Shown here one piece after another: positions 1-11,471 of a stretch of DNA of 64,000 nt. Source of the DNA: Haliotis rubra (taxonomy: Eukaryota). Positions within the stretch are counted from its first letter, which is position 1; the number at the start of each line of letters is the position of its first letter. Where the stretch lies: contig NW_025765370.1 of assembly GCF_003918875.1 (NCBI RefSeq), positions 1,054,001 through 1,118,000 of the forward strand. Reading direction: 5' to 3'. The translations under genes were made by a program, and so were the position numbers. Under the pieces are notes generated by a model, which was not told where the DNA came from, made no database searches, and was given only the letters and a program-made list of their open reading frames with translations.

Positions 1-179
1 AGGTCTAACATTCATTACATGACAGTAGTTAATGAAGGTCCATCAGGTGGTAAGGTTTTCACTGTTGGACCCAATATCATGGCTCTCAGCTAGACCCTAA
101 GGGTATATCAATGTTGTCCTTATATTGTATTCTATTTCTGGTTTCCCCTGAAGTGACATTGCTTGAATATTGCTTAAAG

Positions 180-205
180 CAGGGATACTCTATATAGTCT
201 CCCTG
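180..205. mobile_element. Ultra-short (26 bp) TIR insertion with 7-bp TSD, inside a degraded SINE
   Basis: CAGGGATACTCTATATAGTCTCCCTG flanked by CTTAAAG on both sides (173-179, 206-212); near-identical copy at 23093. Confidence 0.65.
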
Positions 206-254
206 CTTAAAGCAATATAAAAAGAAAACTCACTCACTCTGTTATTAGAGATAA

Positions 255-400
255 TGAGTTGTGTGTTATGTCGCCTTAAGATTATTCCAGCAAATCCACG
301 GCTGGGGACACCAGAAAGGGCTTCAATAATTGTACCCACGTGGGGAATTGAACCCTTGCCTTCGCCGGGAAGAGCGAACGCTTTAACCACTTGGCTACCC
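255..400 (-). mobile_element. tRNA-derived SINE family A, degraded copy
   Basis: Reverse complement has an A-box-like TAGCCAAGTGGT, a B-box-like GGTTCAATTCC and the TCTGGTGTCCCC core shared with other copies. Confidence 0.75.
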
Positions 401-502
401 TAACAGAGAGCCACGATGCTGTCCTACGCAAGACATGACCCCGCATCTGGGCTACCCCTACTGTCCTCCTTTGTTCATAGAGAATAATTTGCATCTACTC
501 AC

Positions 503-703
503 TTTATCAAATCTTCCAAGAAAGAGGTTTTTGGCAAAAGGAACATTCGTTGAAGGTTTAGATGTGGCGACTTCAGTCTTAGAATCTGTAGCAGACGGTT
601 CCAGCGAATCTTGTGCTTGCGCTGGACTGCTTGATGCTGGTGCTATGAACACCCGGTATGCAATACCTGACCGTCTTGTAAGATGCCTGAGCGTTGAAAT
701 CAT
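503..703 (-). CDS. ACAD9: First coding exon of an ACAD9-like mitochondrial acyl-CoA dehydrogenase / complex I assembly factor; gene continues beyond the left edge
   Basis: ATG at 703. Arg/Ser-rich transit-peptide-like N-terminus, then PFAKNLFLGRFDK, resembling the ACAD9 FAKELFLGK motif as recalled. Donor AAA|GTGAGT at 502 (phase 0). Upstream acceptor tgttttcag| gives an exon start at 806. Confidence 0.7.
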
Positions 704-1029
704 ATTTGTAAACAGGCACTGGCCAAAACTCGGTGACTCTCTGACTCTCTGAAGCTTGTGTAAGTCAAAGATCTTTCGGGGTCGAAGTCTAAGTTGTTCT
801 TCTGCTCTGAAAACAAAACAAAACCAATGTGGGAGACGTTATTAAACTGTGATAATCTAAAGGCATATTATATTGATAAAACGTTCCCAAAGCAAAACAC
901 CCCAAACACTGGTGTAAGGATTATATGGCATCTTATTAAAATATTTTTATTATCAATATCTATTTTCTAATTTACGCATAATCAAGCAATGCATGATACA
1001 TTTTCACTTCCCATAATATGTAATAACCG

Positions 1030-1110
1030 CTCCCTAAAGCTTGCCTTCCGGTTTCTTCAGCTGTGTTTGTTACCTTGTCGATCGGACCTTTGAAAGGTAA
1101 GCTTGTTGTG
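1030..1110. promoter_or_regulatory. Putative bidirectional promoter / non-coding first exons of ACAD9-like (-) and CARD-DD (+) genes
   Basis: Locally CpG-richer patch with an ETS motif (CTTCCGG, about 1045-1051), a minus-strand donor AG|GTAACA at 1073 and a plus-strand donor AAG|GTAAGC at 1097. Confidence 0.45.
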
Positions 1111-1958
1111 AAAGACAGGGCGTCGTAGGTGTGTAAATAACGGGCCCATATTCAGTTTACTCTTGCATGATCATGTATGTATAATCAGTCACACATAGCC
1201 GAAAACAACCCACACAATTAGCGAAGAATAATCGACTAATTTTACAACAGATATAGGCCTACGTCTTGTAATGAAATGTATACATTAGATGCATGCCCCA
1301 GATGTACGGTATATTGATTTAAGGGCAGGTCTGCCAGTCAGTCAGTTATGATTCATCAGCTGTCATTATCGATTACGACTGTTGTCTACATATTTTTTAC
1401 AGTGGGACGTTATTGGTGTAGATGAGTAATCGTGTAGAGTTTTTTATCTATGTATAATGGCTTTTTTATTAGTGTATATATATCTTTGTATTTGTGGATT
1501 TGTGTTGATTTGGCATTATTTATAATAGTTTCATATTTTCAGACAATATATGTTAAACAGCAATGCAAAAATGAAACTTTATGTGCTAACTTGTAAACAT
1601 TGAATTGTTCCTTTACCTCTCTGATAGCAACATGTCTTAAGTCACTATGTTTAAGTTAAAAGGATACATGGTATGTTTAAATGGTACACAGGTAAAGGAG
1701 ATTGTTTTTTCATTGATTTAGTAATTGCCACTCAAAAATGTCCATACATATAATCAATCGAACTCCAGTAAACATATTCAAGTGTTCATATATGTATTTG
1801 ATATTTGTCAAGTAAAATAATAATGTTGTTAACATGCTAGGTTTTCTACAAATGCAAATTCCCTAAACCATGTTATCATGTTTGGTGAGCTGGCAAACTG
1901 TATTGCTGTTTTATTGAGATGCCTTCACCATACTTACACCCTTAAAATATACTAAGTA

Positions 1959-2496
1959 CAGTCGTGCCCCGTTTATCCGAACCTCAGATATCCGGAAAAC
2001 TTGCCTTCCGAACGAATATTCCTTAAAACGAATTCACAACATTGTAAAATTAGTCACTTATCCGGAAATCCGGTTTCTGTAACCGGATGGTCATTTTTAC
2101 ATACAAAACGCTAAATTATATGCATTTTTTTCTCATATATCAGGATGGATGAGCACCTGTCAGTATATTTACACACCTATTTTACTGAGTGGCCTTGCGT
2201 GCCCTAACCTAAAAGAGGTCAGCAGTCTTTGAAGTGTGAGAGGATTAACTTCCCATAATTAGCAAGGTGACATTGATGATTGACGTAAACCTTTTGTGAT
2301 TGGCAAGGCATGACACCCCTGTTGTTTTGGTAGTGACTTTAATCTGGAAATTTATGTTAGGTGCAGGAACAATGCGAAAGCATGGATGACATGTATGTCT
2401 TTTTTCAATATAGTCCGCGGTTCAGATATGCAGAAATTCGTTTATCCAGACAAATTCAAGAAAAACACAGGTGTCTGGATAAGTGGGGCATGACTG
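1959..2496. mobile_element. Tc1/mariner-superfamily (pogo/Tigger-like) MITE
   Basis: TIRs CAGTCGTGCCCCGTTTATCCG / CTGGATAAGTGGGGCATGACTG, TA TSD. Confidence 0.8.
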
Positions 2497-2598
2497 TAAA
2501 TAGATAATGAATGAAGGAATAGATAATTTATGAGTTGAACAGTTCATACCAACATGTTATAAATTTCTATGTGATATTTTTTGTTAGTTACTTCACAG

Positions 2599-2923
2599 AT
2601 GGCAACTCAGCAAAGAGGCAGACTTCCTCCAGAAGATGAGAAACGGTTACAGTTGAACTATGAATTCCTTAAAAGTGAACTTGATGGAAAAGACATAGTT
2701 GATAAAATGTTTCAGAGTGGCATTTTCTCTATGGATGACATGGAAGAAGTAAAAAATGCCATGCCAAATATTCGAAGCAAGAGGGCTGAAGTCTTTCTAA
2801 CTAAATTATTCAACTCAGGAAGCAATGGTTATACAGTATTCTTAGATGCAATTAAAGGAGCTGGATACCCGCATGTTGCTAAAATTCTCGAAAACACTGT
2901 TCTGGTTTCTGAAGTTGAAGAAG
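2599..2923 (+). CDS. CARD+Death-domain adaptor (CRADD/RAIDD-like architecture), coding exon 1: CARD
   Basis: Acceptor cacag directly before ATG 2599. CARD-like pattern (LQLNYEFLKSEL..IVDKMFQSGIFSMDDMEEV..RAEVFLTKL..GYTVFLDAI..YPHVAKIL). Donor G|GTAATG, phase 1. Confidence 0.85.
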
Positions 2924-3268
2924 GTAATGATGAAAATCACAAGACTTGTCTTTTGTTGAATTTTAATAAATCTGTTTGCCCACTGTAATTAAACTTAGAA
3001 TGAGTGGAAATCTGCAAGTGATCCAAGACTAATAAAATTTCTAATACTTGGCATTACCTGTTGGTCTATGGGATAGATAAATATTTATGACATCTTTTAT
3101 CTCATTATCTATATTCTCATTGAAAAACAAATGTCACCCTGCATTATTTGAAATGTTTACACTCAGTGTGTCTTTGGATCGAAGATGTGTCCTCACCATG
3201 ATGTTGAGGTGGAATTCAGATTGTCAAGTATATTTTCAATATTGGAATTTTATTGTCTGTTGTTTCAG

Positions 3269-3588
3269 AGGACTGGTTTGAGAGTGTGCCAGGTTCACGC
3301 AGGACGGACAAAATACAGGAGAAAGAGTTGAGCAGAATGGTGCAGGCATTTGGCATTGGCTGGGAATTCATCGCCATTGAACTTAAGATGACCAAAGCTC
3401 AAATTGAACAGGCCAAATTAGCTGGCCATACACCATACTTGCAGATGTTTAATGTATTTACGAAGTGGAGACAGCGTGAGGCAGGCAGAGCAACGTTCCA
3501 GGCATTTGTAAAGGCACTTCGGGCCTGTGAGAACATGTGTACTATAGACTGGGACATCATCAAGAATACAGTGCAAAACTCACATTGA
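3269..3588 (+). CDS. CARD+Death-domain adaptor, coding exon 2: Death domain; total protein 214 aa
   Basis: Acceptor tgtttcag| with phase 1 matching exon 1. Death-domain pattern (FGIGWEFIAIELKMTKAQIEQ..QMFNVFTKWRQRE..ATFQAFVKAL). Stop TGA at 3586-3588. Confidence 0.85.
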
Positions 3589-5944
3589 CACAAGGTTTAG
3601 AGTGCACCCTGGTTAATGCAGGGTATTTTATCTCCAATGTTTTACCATTTATACCCTGGACCTTTGTGCATTGACTAATATACAGGGCCTTTCTCCACAA
3701 AGATGTCTTAGCACTAAGACAACAGTATCCCTATTACATTAACTTAGATCTCTGTTACAGTTACAGTGCTAAGATCACTTAGGGCCCAAGGTTTTTGTCT
3801 CCTATCACTTAGGACAGAATTTTTGATTACTCATAAACTTCAAATCGGACAACAAATCAAAATGGCTCTTCTGAATGAGAGTTTGGCATTCATCTCCAGT
3901 CATCCATATAGTTGGAGTGAAGTAGTTTAGAACTGATTTGAAAACTGTTGTAGATTACTGCTGTAGATTACTTCTGTTTAGGCTGAAGAGATGCGTTAAG
4001 ACAAAGAGGTAGGTCCTCATGTGTTTGCACTCTGTTAGAGACATGATGTAACAAGCTCAAATAGCTGCCACTTTGTCCCATCGTGAAAAAACAATGTAAT
4101 TAGATAGCTATTTTTAGCATTTCCTCAAAAACAAAGCTACATCCAAACACTGTGTTGCAGTTGAAGTGACAAATACCTTGACATATATGATTTTCAACAC
4201 AATCACAAAATGACAAATAAATAACATATTTCAAAATAAAGAATAAAGACTCAGCTTTACTTCAAATAACTGTAAGTTTGACACAACAGCGTTAGACTTT
4301 ACTTGGAAAAGAGGTCCAGGGTAAATCGTAATCTAATGGAGATATACTCTTGTTAAACAAGGATGAACACAATCCAACAAGTTGTGACGAATATGCCTGA
4401 ATCAGGTCCACTTACATAATGCTATGTATATGGTCATGTGTTATAATGCTATAGGGAACCCACACGTATTACAGGATCCTCCAAGTCTCTTTGCTAAAGC
4501 TAAAATGGGGATGAGTATTGGCTGCTGGGGCTGAGAAGGGAGGTGAATGTATTTTCAAGTAAATGTCCCAAGGTCTGCTATAGACACCAAGATGCAGGCT
4601 TGGTAACAGGAGTGATGTTTCTTCACTCCAATATGCTTGTAGTTTGTTTTTCTAAATACATTATTTTTAGAAGGAATTTCACACTTTATATCTTTAACAT
4701 ACATATATGTATATAAGAAAGATCATCAGAACCCAATTCATCGACATTGTTCCAAAGGTCATCAGACAAGTGTCAAACACATTCTCAACTTCCTGGGGAG
4801 TGTACAATGAATAAATGGTTAAGGATATATCATATTTATATAATGCCTTGCATATTCCCCTATTCCACAAACTAAGTGATTTGACAAATCACCCTGAATA
4901 TACTTTTTATGATGCATGTAGAATTTTATTTCTTTAAGTGGTGTATAAAAACTGATTTACCAGTGACACTAAAGCCATGGTGCACAGATGCTTCATACTT
5001 ACCATACTATACTTGCTGTTTCATAGTTACAAGATGATAATGTATATGAATTAACTGTGATATTTTTGCATGAATTGTTCATCTGCATAGTGCTGTATTA
5101 GCTTTAAGTTAGACTCATGTTTTTATCAAGTATTAGTAAGAGTGATGTCTTTATTGTATATATTCCCATCTATGAATCCGAGTGCCACAACTTTGTGTCA
5201 GCAAGGAGGTAATGCTGTAGCTTATCTTTTTTGTAGCCATAGTGATAACAATGTCCAAATATATGTGTCTGGCATAAAGCCAGCAAGTCCTGATAATATA
5301 ATTCCTTTGAGTTCAACAGAGCCAGTCTACAGAGCTGGTTTTCTGATGACAGTAGTGTAGTGGGGTGCTGTGTCAGTTGACATGTTGCAGTGTAATGAAG
5401 AAAAGTACATAGCAACAGTGAGGGTATTAATGGATTGTACCACACAGTTCAAGCAGGAGTTTAAGAAGGATTCCCCTACTTGATACACAATATCATCATC
5501 CGTATTGACTGTGTCCAGTACTGTTCTAATGTATATTTTCATCATCAAGAGTGCAAGTCAACCTCGTTTAGCACTGTATGCATTATTTTGATTACGGGAA
5601 AACTTGCTCAGTCAACAGATGTTTGTTGACTCTCCCATTTTTACGTTTATCTTCATCATGTTTAGTTAAGGTGTATCCGGTACTGATGGATAGAAATTTG
5701 TGAAGGTCACATGTATGTTTTGGATAAGATCAAGTTTGTCCAAAAACCTTGCACAGTGACATACTAAGATCTAATATATGTTTTTTAGTTAGTTTTAAGT
5801 GAAATGAAATCACTTTTGATTTTCTCGTAATTTCTTGTTTCGATTTTGTTGAACTTGAATCGTGGAATAAATCAGATTATCACCTGGAAACATATAGACG
5901 TAGCTGAAGCATGTTTCCTTCAACCTATTAAGAGACTTTGAAAA

Positions 5945-6105
5945 TACACAATGCAATTTAGAAAGTGGTCAAATGTAACATATGTTATATTTGGGATTAC
6001 ACTTTCTTTACACTGTTTTTACACTACCGGATGGGACTCAAGCCAACAAAAGTACTAGAATCTGTACTTTACAAAGAAAGTGTAATCCCAAATATAACAT
6101 ATGTT
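5945..6105. mobile_element. Fragment of a repeat family with direct/inverted modules (see 52799-53170)
   Basis: Shares TACACAATGC.ATTTAGAAAGTGGTCAAATG and ATGTTATATTTGGGATTACACTTTCT (plus its reverse complement) with 11920-11987 and 52799-53170. Confidence 0.6.
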
Positions 6106-7275
6106 TTATTAAGAGACTGGTCATTTGTTATAGGCGGGCTGGACAAATGAGATTAAAGCTGGGTCTTTAAAAATGACAGCAAAAGAGGGGTTCACTAAAA
6201 TATAATGAGGGAAACGAATAAGGGAACACCACTTCAAGGCAGTGTTTCATTATTTAATCTCAGATTTCCTCCCACAGCACTATTCAAAGCTGGTGATGAA
6301 AACTGGAAAGTATTAAAGGAATGCTTGAATTTTCCTGTGTTCCTTTATTTGTTTCTTTCAGTATACATAACAACAATGAAAAATGAAATGGTTCTCTTTT
6401 GGTTCAAATATATAGGCTGAAATCTTGAACATTATTGAGGGGCTGTCAGGTGTCATCAGGATTAACTGGGGTGGGGTTATGAAATAATCAGTCCTTTACA
6501 TCAACTTTTGTACATTAGTTTTAACAGTTATGACTTGAATAGACACTCAGTGTCCCAAGTCAGTCAAGTACTGGTAACGGATAACTCTATTTCCTGTATG
6601 CACTCCATGTTTATGGTCAGATCCTTCATCAGATGATGCACTGCCACATGCACTTAACCATAAAACTGACCACCCAATCCACTTTGTCACCTGTCAGGAC
6701 TGGAGTCACTGGGCACCTGTCTAACCTGTAATGCCTGGTATGATGATTTTTTACTGAAAATATGATGTAAATAAACATGATCAACAAAAGTCTCCTTTTG
6801 GTCATATATATAATAGTACAAGTATATAATTTAAAAACTTTCCAGCATGTGCCATTTTAGGTGACATCATATGGAGTGTTGACCCAAGAGTATGTCCAGT
6901 ATTTTCAGGATGGGTTGCTTTCGTGAACTGAGTCAAGCTTGTACAGTTATGTTATTGTGTTTTTGTCACCAAATGAGTAATTTGTAGTGTTGGTAAACAT
7001 TTACTTTCAGTTAACAATTTGTCTATAATATTTCTTTATTTATTAATGTTTTCAAAGTTTAGTTTACGTCAGAGGTGCACAGCTCATCTTCCAGACCTAG
7101 TGTTGACTGTCAGAGGCCTACTGTCTGCTTTGATGGGGTTCAGTTCGACTAACAATAGTGACCCCTGCACGATAAAATCCATGGATCCATGGAAAATTCT
7201 CATCCCTGTATCACTGGCACCAAGTGGTTTACCTTTGGCTGGAAGCAGACCATCATTGGTTAGAACAAAAAACCT

Positions 7276-7495
7276 ACCCATGAAGACGCGAGAATTGGTC
7301 TTTGTCATAAGAGGCAATGAACGTGATCGGGTCTTCAGGCTCGCTGACTTGATTGACGCACGTCATCGTATCCCAACTGCGTATATCAATGCTTATGTTG
7401 TCGATCACTGGAATGGCTGGTCTAGTACCATATTACAGACCACATATAGCAGGAATGTTGCTGAGTGCAGCATTAAACAACAAACAAACAAACAC
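7276..7495 (+). mobile_element. SINE family B, degraded copy
   Basis: CAGGCTCGCTGACTTG..GATCACTGG..GCTGAGTGC core followed by an (AAAC)n tail. Confidence 0.75.
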
Positions 7496-7877
7496 CACTA
7501 GAGGAATGCAATCAAACCCATGACGTGTTGGTGATATTCTGTGACTAGGCCGACTGTTCGAATACTTTCCCTCTCTTGACTATGGGTTTGTGCATTTCCC
7601 AACTTTCAATCTTACCATATCTTGCCACACTTACTATAAAATACATTGTCAGGATGCAGTGATCTAATAATAACTATGATACTGGCTGACTGATGTTTGA
7701 GGCATCACTCAGACATTCACTAGCCATGTGCCAATATTCAAGTTGAGATTTCCACTCTTTAATCAGTATTTGTTTGTAGCATGAGGGACACCACGTGATG
7801 TTACATGTTACCCTCATCAGTCATCAAACCCAAAACTTCAGGATCTTGAGGTATATCTATGAAAATATATATATTTG

Positions 7878-8151
7878 CAGTGTAGGAAAGATGTAGAAAA
7901 TCTAGCCTGTCCACAGGACTGGCAGGTCAAAATTTTTACCAGTCCTGCCAAAATCTAGCCTGTCCTCCAAATATAAATAAAACACCTTCAGCAGTAAATA
8001 TTCAAAAAGGTTATAATCATTATATACATTGTATATGTCATTGGTTTGCTAAAATTGACCCGACATGAGGACGGACTAGATATTTTCTTAACCCATCCTC
8101 CACAAAATTCACCCGTCTCGGACGTTGGGACGGGCTATCTTTCCTACACTG
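7878..8151. mobile_element. MITE (hAT- or P-like)
   Basis: TIRs CAGTGTAGGAAAGAT / ATCTTTCCTACACTG; ATATTTG duplicated on both sides. Confidence 0.75.
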
Positions 8152-9579
8152 ATATTTGCATTAAGCCCTTAACCACTGCACTAGCCAAGGATCTACACTG
8201 CATCCACGTATCCTGGTATAGAAAAATGGACACAACTCTGGATTATTTGCTATAAATGCTGATCCTGTTGACTTGGACTTGTTAGTTCTTCTAAGGATAG
8301 GATCCTTTGAGGATTCCTGATCAGGTCATCAGATCCTGGCATGACAAAGGGATCCAACTCTTGGTTACTCGAGATGCTAATCATGTTGACTGCCATAGAG
8401 GATTCCAAGGCAGGGGTGTAGCTACCATTATAAAAAAAAAGCCTGGGCTCACACATGACACATGACGGGCTTACACATAAAAAGGTTGGGCAAGCCCTCA
8501 ATACTATGTAAAGCTTTGCAACCTATTGGGCTAACACGAAAAACTTGGCTTACTACGCGCCTGCAAAGCTGAACACAGAAAGGGTCCTCATGTACCCAGA
8601 ACATATCCTGTAAGGGAAATAGTGAGGTGTTTTCGTGGCTACATCCACCCATTCTGGAGTTACTCGCAGGCCACATTCATGAAACCCAGTTTACCTGCAC
8701 ATCTCATTCCAAAACATTGTTCCTGACACAAACCAGTTCACTCATATATTGCTTCAACTGAAATGAGGGATTGTGCCTTTCAAAACAGGTGAGAATGGTC
8801 TATTGTAGTCATTTATTCAATATTTTCACATTTTATTACACATCTCATTCACACGTGATGAGCAACTGGAGGTATAAAAATACAAAATACAATATATTCA
8901 TAAAACACATGTATAAAAATAAAAATTATATTTGAAGCCTGTTAGAATCAACTACTGCTATACCACAGTAGTGGAAACTACAAGATGCTTGTGCATGAAT
9001 GGAGTGATGTTTACAGTAGGGGTGAATACTGAGTGGGAAACAAAACAACTATTGTGATAGCGATAGTCTATTGCAACCAACTATTACAATACTACTGCAT
9101 AGTTTCTTCTCTCCTTGAATTGTCTCATTTGAAGTCATTTCCCAAACGAATGTATAGTTTATATGAAGTAAAAACAAGTTGAAGTAAGACTTGAAACCCA
9201 GATCAAGTAAACAGTTAAAACTCAATGAAGCTGCAAGTCTGCACCCACACTGCGCATTTATCAATGGAAGTCAATTACTAAACTATCGATAGTCACACAT
9301 ACTATCGATGCATCAATAGTTTTTCATTTCTTCTGCCGACTAATTGTTATCGGAGACTCAACAATTGCAATGCATCGATAGTTTGATGCATCGTTACAGT
9401 AATGGACGTTAATTGAAACCTTGGAGACCAACTTCTCTTCAAAATACTTCACATTAAGATTATTAGCACTTTAATAGCTAAAATGATTAAAAGACAAAAA
9501 GCCATAGATTTCCCTTATCAAAGACTATCAGCCAAGAGTCATCCAGGGTAGTTGTATTAGCGAAAACATTTGCATCTTA

Positions 9580-9883
9580 GGGACCCTTAATAATTTATGC
9601 TTTTTTTGGTGTGTGTGTGTGTGTGAAGAGAGAGAGAGGGGAAAGAAATGATTGGGGGCTCCTCCAATTTTGTTCTGGGAAGCTGGGGTCAGCATTTTGT
9701 ACATAAAAGTATGTTTAAAAATTATGCTTAGGAATTATGGGAAGGGGGGTCATTGATTTTGTACATTATATGGAGGGGGGTCACTTATTTTGTACATAAA
9801 ATTTAGGGGGGATCATTCATATTGTACATGCTTCTCCAAAAAAATCATCATCACCCCCCTAGCCATAGATTATGTACGGTCCC
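9580..9883. mobile_element. PIF/Harbinger-like MITE with internal (GT)n(GA)n and short repeats
   Basis: Ends GGGACC.. / ..GGTCCC with TTA TSD. Confidence 0.6.
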
Positions 9884-11153
9884 TTATATGACTATTCTGT
9901 AAACATAGAGATTGTAGAGGATTGTTATCCAATGCTCCATTGTGAAAGTACAACAGAAATATTGTTTGGAAACTCTTGGAAAAGAGCAAATACCATGATT
10001 TCAAACTCTACTTCTTGTGTCAATCTGGCAGGTCAAATGTGATTTCTTTCACAACAAAAGAGTAGTCCCTCACATTTATTCTGATTTAACAATGGATTCT
10101 TGCAGAAAAAAGATTTCAATCTACTTGATTTTCAACTTAATGTTGCTTGAAAACAAATTCAGGTTATCAACAATACAAAACAAGTGGATTAGCTTGTTAA
10201 CAGATAAAGCAGATGACTTCTTTTAAGAAATTATTATGTCACATAATTATCACTGTACATTATTGCATGAAGTTCTTGTCATATCACATATTGTGACATT
10301 TAATGTAATTTGATGATATATGCAACAATGACAACAAACACAATACAAAGTTACCTTTTAGGTGTAAATGTTAAAATTAAAATACATATTAAAATGTATA
10401 TATTTACATTAGGCTTGAGAACATCTAATACTGCCATATCGCAGTCTTGGAAAAAGTCAAAAACTAAACTGCTCTTGAATCACTGGAGCTGATAAGCTGC
10501 CTCAATCGTTGATCTTGTCTGTGGTCACAATTCATCAATGTTTCAACGTCAGTTTCACAATGCTCTTCCAAAGGGCACTCAAAACAAATGAAAACGCATT
10601 TCGGTGGACGATTTGAGATGTAATAAACTGGATTATGAAGGATGACTCAAGGTTCACCTTGATTCCAGCGTGAAAGTGTGATTCAGACAGGCTCTGCTAG
10701 ACTGGTGCCACTCATTACAACACTTGTCCAGCACAAACTTCTACTTCTTCTATAATGAGTGTTTGGTCATTTAACACCATACACACATCAAAAGACTGTC
10801 ATGTGATCTTGAAATTCCTGATGTGAGGTCACATTAAGAGAATGCACACAATAGTATTCAGAGCGAGATTCCAGTCCAGTTACACCTGATTGTCTGGATG
10901 CGAACATGTCCACCCTGTACATGGTGTGGACCAAGCACTTCAGAAACTAATGCTATAAGCTGGGTTAGATGGTCATGTTAGATGGTCATGTTAGATGGTC
11001 ATGTTAGCAGGTCATGAGGGTGAGCTGTAAAAAAGTAGTTGTTGCCTATTCAGGTCTGGATATGTTACATACACCACAAGTTTGAATCGAGAAGGAGATG
11101 TGGCCTTGTAATGTGTTCATGTTCTCAAGGAAACCATAGTAACAAACCATATG

Positions 11154-11471
11154 TCAACACAGTTGAGCTACAGCAGCATCACATGATGGAACTTCCAAAT
11201 CTTGAAGCAACCTTTTAGCTATAAATTCTTGCTCTGTGTTACGCAAGGCAGTAAGAAACGTGTCAAAGGCATCAGGACCTCTTCTTACAAGTAAGTTAAA
11301 GAATTCTGTCACTTTTTGTCTTCTTGTTAATTTACTGTAAATTTCATCCAGCATGTCCTCAGAGAATACTCGCTCCTGAAACATATAGTCTGACACACCT
11401 GTAGTTATGATAACTTTTTCCAGCAAAAACATCCAATTCCTTTGTATAACGTTCCGGTGAGCATCTTCCAT
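11154..11471 (-). CDS. CARD-only protein (105 aa), RAIDD/caspase-2-type CARD
   Basis: Acceptor ttcatttcag| gives an exon start at 11487; ATG at 11471. Sequence MEDAHRNVIQRNWMFLLEKV..YMFQERVFSEDMLDEI..LLVRRGPDAFDTFLTAL matches the RGPxAFxxF CARD motif. In-frame stop with no strong donor before it. Confidence 0.8.
   Translation of the reverse strand: MEDAHRNVIQRNWMFLLEKVIITTGVSDYMFQERVFSEDMLDEIYSKLTRRQKVTEFFNLLVRRGPDAFDTFLTALRNTEQEFIAKRLLQDLEVPSCDAAVAQLC

Noticed and set aside
435-752. 105-aa plus-strand ORF
   Set aside because: Antisense shadow of the ACAD9-like exon.
7019-7501. 160-aa ORF
   Set aside because: Non-ATG start, runs through a SINE B copy, no recognisable domain.
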